DNA of 64,000 nucleotides from a virus: IMG/VR virus record IMGVR_UViG_3300032132_000211, positions 3,999 to 67,998 of that record; one strand, 5' to 3'. Shown piece by piece: positions 58,154 to 64,000 of this stretch (position 1 is its first letter; each line of letters starts with the position of its first letter). The notes under the pieces were generated by a model. It saw only the letters and a program-made list of their open reading frames with translations, ran no database searches and was not told where the DNA came from. The position numbers and the translations under genes were made by a program.

Positions 58154-58572
58154 TGCCTTCGAGAAAGAAAACGCTCTTCGGTGCATTATCTTACACAATA
58201 CACAAAGATAGGATGCATAAAGACGTTTTCTCGGAGGCGTCAACCTTACTAGAAGATGAGACAGACGAAGAAGGAATTCAAAACAAGGTCGTCTCTATCA
58301 GAAACAAGGCTGGGATAGATCCGTGCTGCATAGTGTGCAGACGGCCCCACGCACCTAGATTTTTAGAATACCACGACGATATCATATTTTTCTGTGACCA
58401 GGGATGCTTACAAGAGCTTGATAATCATGCCAGCACGTATCTGGACAAAAAATATATTAGAATTAAGTTTAGAGTTGAGAGTTACTTGCGTGTCATAGGG
58501 TTTCTTGCTGCCCTATGCACGCTGCTGGCCCCGCTACTTAGTGCCTGCGTTCTTGCCCTTTCGGCGCAGTAA
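58150..58572 (+). CDS. hypothetical protein with CxxC/CxxxC motifs and C-terminal TM
   Basis: CIVC, FCDQGC, hydrophobic tail. Confidence 0.55.
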   Translation: MMPSRKKTLFGALSYTIHKDRMHKDVFSEASTLLEDETDEEGIQNKVVSIRNKAGIDPCCIVCRRPHAPRFLEYHDDIIFFCDQGCLQELDNHASTYLDKKYIRIKFRVESYLRVIGFLAALCTLLAPLLSACVLALSAQ

Positions 58573-58610
58573 GGACTTCACTAGTCCTGCACAGGGGCCA
58601 GCTCCTTTTT

Positions 58611-58892
58611 ATGGATTGGCTTACAATAGCATACGCAACTACAAGTATAGACTGGGTATCTTGGTCAGCTGCTGGGCTGTCCTTGTCTGGTGCATACAGG
58701 ATCGCTCGGAAAGATCACCGAGGATTCTACCTAATGATGGGTTCTAACTTTTGCTGGTTTTATTGGGCGGTAGCACAGGCACCAGCTGTGCCAGCACTGG
58801 CCACTATAGACTCTATCTACTTCTGTATTAACATCTATGGTTTACACTCTTGGACTAAAAAATCCAAAAAACCCAGCTTTACAACCAGATAG
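58611..58892 (+). CDS. small membrane protein (PnuC-like fragment)
   Basis: Three hydrophobic segments, SNFCW, INIYGLHSW. Confidence 0.55.
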   Translation: MDWLTIAYATTSIDWVSWSAAGLSLSGAYRIARKDHRGFYLMMGSNFCWFYWAVAQAPAVPALATIDSIYFCINIYGLHSWTKKSKKPSFTTR

Positions 58893-58923
58893 AAACTAAC
58901 AAAACGGCCATAAGATGAAGCAC

Positions 58924-59199
58924 TTACTGTTGCATAACATGCTGTTCCATAGGGCCATATATAGCGCTCTCTCCATCTCCCTTAACCTCACCTTTGCCCT
59001 TGAGCGTATGATAACGCTGGCGCTTCAATTCTCTATGTTCCTCAAGAAGTTCCATCACCCGTGCTATAGCTCGTTGGTTCGCAGCTATCGCAGCCAATAA
59101 TTCCATGCCTGCCTTCCCCGCTGGGTGATTATCATGGGCTATATCCGCAACCACCGGGGCGGGTATCAGCAACGCAACGATGAGCAGCGCAGCGATCAT
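58924..59199 (-). CDS. signal-peptide protein with coiled coil
   Basis: MIAALLIVALLIPAPVVA; ATGA overlap. Confidence 0.55.
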   Translation of the reverse strand: MIAALLIVALLIPAPVVADIAHDNHPAGKAGMELLAAIAANQRAIARVMELLEEHRELKRQRYHTLKGKGEVKGDGESAIYGPMEQHVMQQ

Positions 59200-59567
59200 C
59201 TCGTATTGTCTCGCACCTCGTCAGAGAGCCGATCAAAACTCGCGGCCTGTCGGTCGAGCATGTGCGTCTGCGCTTCAATAGCCTTTGTCAGTTCGCGCGT
59301 GGCCGTCACTAAGCTACGCGGCACGTACCAAAGTGGAACTCGGTCAGGATCAAACACATTATGCCAGTCGTAGAGCTTCTGAATCTGCCCAACAACTCGC
59401 TCGCTCGTGCCAGAATCAGAACTCCACGTCGCAGCGAACGAGTCACGCGCTTCATCCTCTCCCCAACGCGCATCAGCCGCGTACAACAATATCCCGAATA
59501 CTACGACAACAAGCGGTGGTCCCCATTTATCCCACACGGTAAGTTTGTTATGTTGATAGTCTTCCAT
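59196..59567 (-). CDS. membrane-anchored hypothetical protein
   Basis: N-terminal TM, C-terminal coiled coil; extended -10 upstream. Confidence 0.6.
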   Translation of the reverse strand: MEDYQHNKLTVWDKWGPPLVVVVFGILLYAADARWGEDEARDSFAATWSSDSGTSERVVGQIQKLYDWHNVFDPDRVPLWYVPRSLVTATRELTKAIEAQTHMLDRQAASFDRLSDEVRDNTR

Positions 59568-59651
59568 TAGTAATCTTACTTTCCGACTTTTGACTTCCCA
59601 TTTCCGTTGCAGGATATATATATATTATATCATTCTTTTAAGACAAAAGCC

Positions 59652-59680
59652 TTGAAAACGCATAAACAAGCTGATATACT
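59652..59680 (+). promoter_or_regulatory. sigma70-like promoter
   Basis: TTGAAA-17-TATACT with TG extension. Confidence 0.8.
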
Positions 59681-59686
59681 TAGAAT

Positions 59687-59959
59687 ATGGACCGGACTAG
59701 CTCTAAATGCTCTGAATGCAACGTTGATCTAACTTGCTTGGCCTGTGGTAGACCAATTATGTCCTCAGTAGAACAAGAAGATCTCTGTGTACGCCATCGG
59801 CTGCAGTGGCTTCTGGCTTTGAACGACGGCGAGAAAATGTCGAATAGCATAAGGTCTCACATCATCGACTACCACTGCTGCTCTGCCTCGTGCAGGGAGT
59901 TTTCCTCTATATTCGAGACCTTGGACTGTGGTGAGCACATAAGCCTTGCAAACACCTAG
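59687..59959 (+). CDS. Cys-rich small protein
   Basis: CSEC, CLAC; ATG 6 nt after -10. Confidence 0.55.
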   Translation: MDRTSSKCSECNVDLTCLACGRPIMSSVEQEDLCVRHRLQWLLALNDGEKMSNSIRSHIIDYHCCSASCREFSSIFETLDCGEHISLANT

Positions 59960-59975
59960 ACCGATCTGATACACT
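59946..59975 (+). promoter_or_regulatory. sigma70-like promoter
   Basis: TTGCAA-18-TACACT with TG extension. Confidence 0.65.
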
Positions 59976-60001
59976 ACAGGTAGGGTAGCAGGAGGTAGAC
60001 G

Positions 60002-60481
60002 TTGGACAGCAAGGACACATTCACGATCACGATACGCAACAAATATAACGCAAGAAGGATTTTCAAGGAGAACTACACAGATGGCTCAATGGAGTTCATT
60101 CCCAAAGATGGTTGGTGGCACTTAGACAAGTCGCTGTTCTCTATGGTGACTGGGCATACGCTGCACGCAGATGTGGACTGCGTGCAGGAAGCCTTAGAGA
60201 TGGACTCGTTAAATTGTAATGAAGCTATGACGAACACGAGCGAAGTACCAGCACTAACTAAAAAACTAGGAGGTACTCTGGTACACAGAGAAACGTTTGA
60301 AGCAAATTCAGAAAAGCTACCTTCCGATTATTATGTGTGGAGCACAAAGGATGGTAGTACAAGAGCTAACATATGGTTTTGTTCTGCTAGAAGCGGAAAG
60401 GTAACGATTGTATATAGTACGAATAACATTTTCGTAGACCAGGCAATGAAAGAGCACTTTGAGTGCTTCATGATTATCTGA
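60002..60481 (+). CDS. hypothetical protein, paralog of 63164..63553
   Basis: GGAGG plus TTG start; shared SKDTFTI, YTDG, VDC, NNxFVD, FExFxII. Confidence 0.75.
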   Translation: MDSKDTFTITIRNKYNARRIFKENYTDGSMEFIPKDGWWHLDKSLFSMVTGHTLHADVDCVQEALEMDSLNCNEAMTNTSEVPALTKKLGGTLVHRETFEANSEKLPSDYYVWSTKDGSTRANIWFCSARSGKVTIVYSTNNIFVDQAMKEHFECFMII

Positions 60482-60482
60482 G

Positions 60483-60656
60483 ATGAATAAGGCTGAAGCA
60501 AGTATGGCCCTAGAGATCGGCATCTACAGGGAAGATAATGATTGTACATGCATGGATGTACTAAGAGAGCCTTGCGAACGGTGCTTGACTATTTGCGAAA
60601 TGCTCGAAGACAAAGAAAAGCTACGGGCTGCGGGGGAAATTAAAGGCTTTGATTAA
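60483..60656 (+). CDS. small Cys-rich protein (57 aa, below ORF-track cutoff)
   Basis: MNKAEASMALEIG...CTC...PCERCLTIC. Confidence 0.45.
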   Translation: MNKAEASMALEIGIYREDNDCTCMDVLREPCERCLTICEMLEDKEKLRAAGEIKGFD

Positions 60657-60854
60657 TTTTAAGTTTTAAATGTTCTTTCCGGGACTTCATTAAGATATAA
60701 AAGTTAAGTATGGAGAAACACACAGCCTACGCAGCATTCTGCGCTGAATGTAACAAAAACGACACACTTATACCTTGGTCGGTAAGAGCACCAATCTGGA
60801 AAAGGTATCAAGAATATAAAAAGATTAAAGAGAAGAATATTAAGGAGAGATAAT

Positions 60855-61136
60855 ATGAAAGTCAAGATTAAGAGGGGCAAGATTGATGTGGCATATAGTA
60901 TGCCATTCTCAAAGAAAGTCAAATGGGTGGCGATTGACGCAGATGGGGAAATCTACGGATATACTGAGAAGCCCTATTTAAAGGATATTAAATTATCTGG
61001 TGGTAGCGGGCAATGGCTTCCTACTAACCCGAATGACTTCCATGAGTATATTGGGTCTAGTACAGCTATTGAAGTGGAAGATTACAAAAAGCTTGTTTTT
61101 GAAGTATCGGGTTCTCCCATATCGAGGAAGAAGTGA
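60855..61136 (+). CDS. hypothetical phage protein
   Basis: WVAIDADGEIYGYTEKP..W; TAAGGAG RBS. Confidence 0.7.
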   Translation: MKVKIKRGKIDVAYSMPFSKKVKWVAIDADGEIYGYTEKPYLKDIKLSGGSGQWLPTNPNDFHEYIGSSTAIEVEDYKKLVFEVSGSPISRKK

Positions 61137-61209
61137 CAATCTTAGTAGTCATAGTCACCCTAATCAGCATCGTCTACATTTGGGCAAGTTAACTTTTCAG
61201 AGAAAAGCC

Positions 61210-61238
61210 TTGAGAACACATGTTTAAACTGCTATAAT
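61210..61238 (+). promoter_or_regulatory. sigma70-like promoter
   Basis: TTGAGA-17-TATAAT with TG extension. Confidence 0.8.
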
Positions 61239-61250
61239 AGAGATGTAGAT

Positions 61251-61424
61251 ATGAACAGAGAAGAGAAGCGAGAAGAGACGTGTACCAATTGCCCGAAGCC
61301 GGGCTACACGTATGCTGTTTGTCTAGAAGACAGCATTATAAGAACTTACATACTATGCGAAGCCTGCAGATTAGATCTTGCGGTTGAACTACGAAAAGCC
61401 TGCAGGGCTTTCGATATACTTTAA
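61251..61424 (+). CDS. small zinc-finger-like protein (57 aa)
   Basis: CTNC...LCEAC; downstream of promoter 61210-61238. Confidence 0.5.
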   Translation: MNREEKREETCTNCPKPGYTYAVCLEDSIIRTYILCEACRLDLAVELRKACRAFDIL

Positions 61425-61436
61425 ATGGAGATTAAA

Positions 61437-61763
61437 ATGAAAATAATTATAGCAACACTACTGGTGTTGGCATTTGCAGCAACCAGCTTCGCACAACCAA
61501 TGACCCCCGACCAATGGGACGCGGACGACGCCTGGAAACAGCACCCTCCATATGTCACCAACGCGGATGTCCACTGCTCTAGGTATCAGGTCCACCGCCG
61601 ACATGGCATCCCTGATGCTCAGATCACCTTGAGGAATATGTACGAACTGGGCGCTGGAAAGAGTGAAATTGACTACTGGGAGAGCCAGATTCTGCCCCAG
61701 TTCGAGACTCACATTGCCAATCTGGAAGCAGCTTGCAGGTCAAGGCACGCAGCTAGGCAGTAA
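61437..61763 (+). CDS. secreted hypothetical protein
   Basis: MKIIIATLLVLAFAATSFA signal peptide; GGAG RBS. Confidence 0.65.
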   Translation: MKIIIATLLVLAFAATSFAQPMTPDQWDADDAWKQHPPYVTNADVHCSRYQVHRRHGIPDAQITLRNMYELGAGKSEIDYWESQILPQFETHIANLEAACRSRHAARQ

Positions 61764-61991
61764 TGGATATTATACTCTTACTTATGACGGCCTGGCTATG
61801 TCTTCTGATATACCATATAAGCATCAGCAAAGACGATTAAGATGATATAATGGATATTGTAAGTAAATTATCAGACGACGAAATACGGGACTTCTTAGAC
61901 CAGCTTCCGAAAGACGACAAGTTTACCTTTTTCAAAGAAATGACCACAGCCGAGTTTAAACTATACTACTCTCTTGTAGTAGGGAGACCAA

Positions 61992-62153
61992 ATGAGAAAA
62001 AATCAACGACTTAAGCGAGAAAAGCGCCGAAAAGAAGCAGAGGAGCGCGCAGCGCTTCGCGCCAAGAGGACTGACGCCGAACAGCTAGCACGGCTAGACA
62101 GTCTGGGGTGGAAGGCCACCAAAGAACGAAAACGCCTAGCAGGAGATAAGTAA
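61992..62153 (+). CDS. small basic helical protein (53 aa)
   Basis: GGGAG RBS; EAEER..R..R.D.EQLARLD...A.KERKRL. Confidence 0.55.
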   Translation: MRKNQRLKREKRRKEAEERAALRAKRTDAEQLARLDSLGWKATKERKRLAGDK

Positions 62154-62480
62154 ATGAACGAAGAAGATAAAGCATTCAGTAATCGGATTTTCAAGATATT
62201 CGGCCTGTTCGTAGTTCTGGCGGCCTTTGGTTCTGTTTTTACGACCTACACCGTACTCCAGGAAGGCGTCTCGTCTGTTTCGTGTGATACGTGTACAGCC
62301 TGCAAGGCACACGAGAAAGCACTTAATCGTACCAGGGTACAGGTTGCCCAGAACTCAGGTTTGGCAAAAGAATGCCGAGCAGAGCTAAGTGAGTTACAAA
62401 CTAAGCTACACCCGCTCACTAATCTCGCACAACAAAACCCCGAAGCCTTGGCAACTCACGCCTCTGACCTAAACTATTAG
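62154..62480 (+). CDS. membrane-anchored hypothetical protein
   Basis: N-terminal TM, CxxCxxC, coiled coil; AGGAG RBS. Confidence 0.6.
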   Translation: MNEEDKAFSNRIFKIFGLFVVLAAFGSVFTTYTVLQEGVSSVSCDTCTACKAHEKALNRTRVQVAQNSGLAKECRAELSELQTKLHPLTNLAQQNPEALATHASDLNY

Positions 62481-62537
62481 ATTGGAAAAAGGTGACTGAA
62501 TCAACAAACAAAGACATATTAGTAAGGGGATACAATA

Positions 62538-62741
62538 ATGAAAACACTAATCGCAACACTAATGATAATTGTCTCGATCTCACTCATTGCCTATGGGGCA
62601 CGCCCTCGCGTGAGCATGGCTGATAGCGGAGAGTGGCACGTAAAATGCTGTGACTGCTCTTGCAAAGAAGAGACTAAACAGGAAGCACCTAAGAAGGTCG
62701 GCAAGAGGAAGGAGTGCAAAAAGGCTGGAAACGCCTGGTAA
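62538..62741 (+). CDS. small exported/membrane protein
   Basis: Hydrophobic N-terminus, CCDCSC. Confidence 0.55.
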   Translation: MKTLIATLMIIVSISLIAYGARPRVSMADSGEWHVKCCDCSCKEETKQEAPKKVGKRKECKKAGNAW

Positions 62742-62812
62742 GGCGGCGTTAGCCGCCTCGATGGAATATGAATTAACAACAAAAAAGTCCCAAACAGGAC
62801 AGGAAATCTAAA

Positions 62813-63046
62813 ATGACAAAGAAGAAGCGAAAAGCAATTGATAAAGCAGTAGGAGCCCAAGCAAAGGTATATGAAGTAATGAAAGACGGCAAATGGTACA
62901 CGATTGACCAGGTAACCTATCTGGTAGGAAGCCCAGGCGAAGCTGGCACGTCCGCCCGTATCCGTGACTTCCGCAAGGCTGGTCTCACAGTAGAACGTAC
63001 ACCCACCGAGACGCCCCGCGTCTTCCAGTACCGCCTGGCACTGTAA
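62813..63046 (+). CDS. winged-helix DNA-binding protein
   Basis: MKDGKWYT, SARIRDFRKAG..VE, YRL. Confidence 0.7.
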   Translation: MTKKKRKAIDKAVGAQAKVYEVMKDGKWYTIDQVTYLVGSPGEAGTSARIRDFRKAGLTVERTPTETPRVFQYRLAL

Positions 63047-63059
63047 GCTACTCACCATC

Positions 63060-63100
63060 GAAAGCCGCAGCCGATTCCCCCAAGATCAGCTGCGGCTTTC
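63060..63100 (+). terminator. intrinsic terminator-like hairpin
   Basis: GAAAGCCGCAGC / GCTGCGGCTTTC 12-bp stem. Confidence 0.7.
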
Positions 63101-63108
63101 CTCAAGCC

Positions 63109-63137
63109 TTGCAAACACCTAGCAGGTCTGGTATACT
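63109..63137 (+). promoter_or_regulatory. sigma70-like promoter
   Basis: TTGCAA-17-TATACT with TG extension. Confidence 0.8.
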
Positions 63138-63163
63138 ATAAGTAGAGTAAAGGGAGACACAGA

Positions 63164-63553
63164 TTGAGCAAGGACACATTCACAATTCAGATGTACCACA
63201 GAGGGGATGCCAGGAAGGTATTCAACGTGGAGTACACAGACGGCACTATGCTTTTTGAGCCCGTGCCATATAACCCAGATGTACAGATTAACTACCCTAT
63301 AGCGGCTGGCAGGACTGTGCGCGCAAACGTAGATTGCATAGAAGATGCTCTCGACATAGACTACCTTCTTTGCGTGGGGGACGAGCGTGGCAAGAGTTGG
63401 CAGTATGAGTGGGATTGTAAGCACGGCGGAACACGAGCCACCGTCTACTTTTCCAGGCCCTCATGGGACAAAGTATCTATTTCACATACTACAAACAACG
63501 TTTTCGTGGACAAGGCGATTGCCCAATATTTTGAATCGTTTTTGATTATATAA
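63164..63553 (+). CDS. hypothetical protein, paralog of 60002..60481
   Basis: GGGAG plus TTG start; motifs shared with paralog. Confidence 0.75.
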   Translation: MSKDTFTIQMYHRGDARKVFNVEYTDGTMLFEPVPYNPDVQINYPIAAGRTVRANVDCIEDALDIDYLLCVGDERGKSWQYEWDCKHGGTRATVYFSRPSWDKVSISHTTNNVFVDKAIAQYFESFLII

Positions 63554-63936
63554 GATGAATAAACAACAAGAATCCAGGACAGCTGATATAAAACACACCC
63601 TATACACCCATTCCCTCCCTCAACCATGCTCTATACAGCCATAAACGCAATCAAACGCTCCCTCAATGTAATCTGCTCCCAACTAAACAAAATATTTAGT
63701 AAAATGAGCGGATAGCAGCTTTTAGATTTCCCAGTTATTTCGTGTGATATCAGCCAATTGCCTTGGGCTTTAGCCCTTTGCTTTGAGATATCTGCGAGAA
63801 AAGTCTCTTTTTTAAAACTTCACAAAAATTGCGGGGGGCCTATAAGCGCCCCACCGGCAAGCGTCAAGAGTGAAAAGTGCAGACACCCCCCCCGTATACA
63901 CACCGACATCGGAACCCCGCGATATCATTAGCCTTT

Positions 63937-64000
63937 CGACACACGGGCCGACGCTACGGGCCGACGCACGGGGCGACGCTACGGGCCGACACACGGGCCG
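63937..64000. repeat. GC-rich 12-13 bp tandem repeat running off the window end
   Basis: CGACACACGGGC / CGACGCTACGGGC / CGACGCACGGGG / CGACGCTACGGGC / CGACACACGGGC. Confidence 0.85.

Noticed and set aside
63937-64000. CRISPR array
   Set aside because: Units of 12-13 bp with no unique spacers and no cas genes
1-64000. tRNA/rRNA genes, integrase, alternative genetic code
   Set aside because: None recognised; core genes are intact under the standard code with TAA, TAG and TGA all used as stops

Overview
A 64-kb segment of a large tailed phage (Caudoviricetes; HK97-type head, long tape measure, no sheath gene seen, so probably siphovirus-like). Plus strand 96-5883: recombination/regulation block (RecA-like, Mor-like activator, SbcD/SbcC, resolvase). 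Minus strand ~56150 to 5840: one long late region in the order terminase, portal, protease, capsid, neck, tail, lysis, then a sugar-modification operon. Plus strand 56246-63550: ThyX and many small genes behind repeated sigma70-like promoters. Most notable: (1) the terminase large subunit is in three ORFs, with a split intein in Walker A whose halves are separated by a structured purine-rich spacer and an HNH gene, and a separately encoded nuclease domain; (2) three genes in the head-neck module have Sec-type signal peptides (a fibre-like protein, a Cys-rich SGNH protein, a CBM/dockerin-like protein), next to a 14-aa-repeat protein and neck proteins with extra domains; (3) a large late glycosylation toolkit including a GT2-GT2-TPR enzyme between neck genes. 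Points 2 and 3 suggest an exported and/or glycosylated virion decoration system. All calls come from motif recognition by eye; no searches were run.
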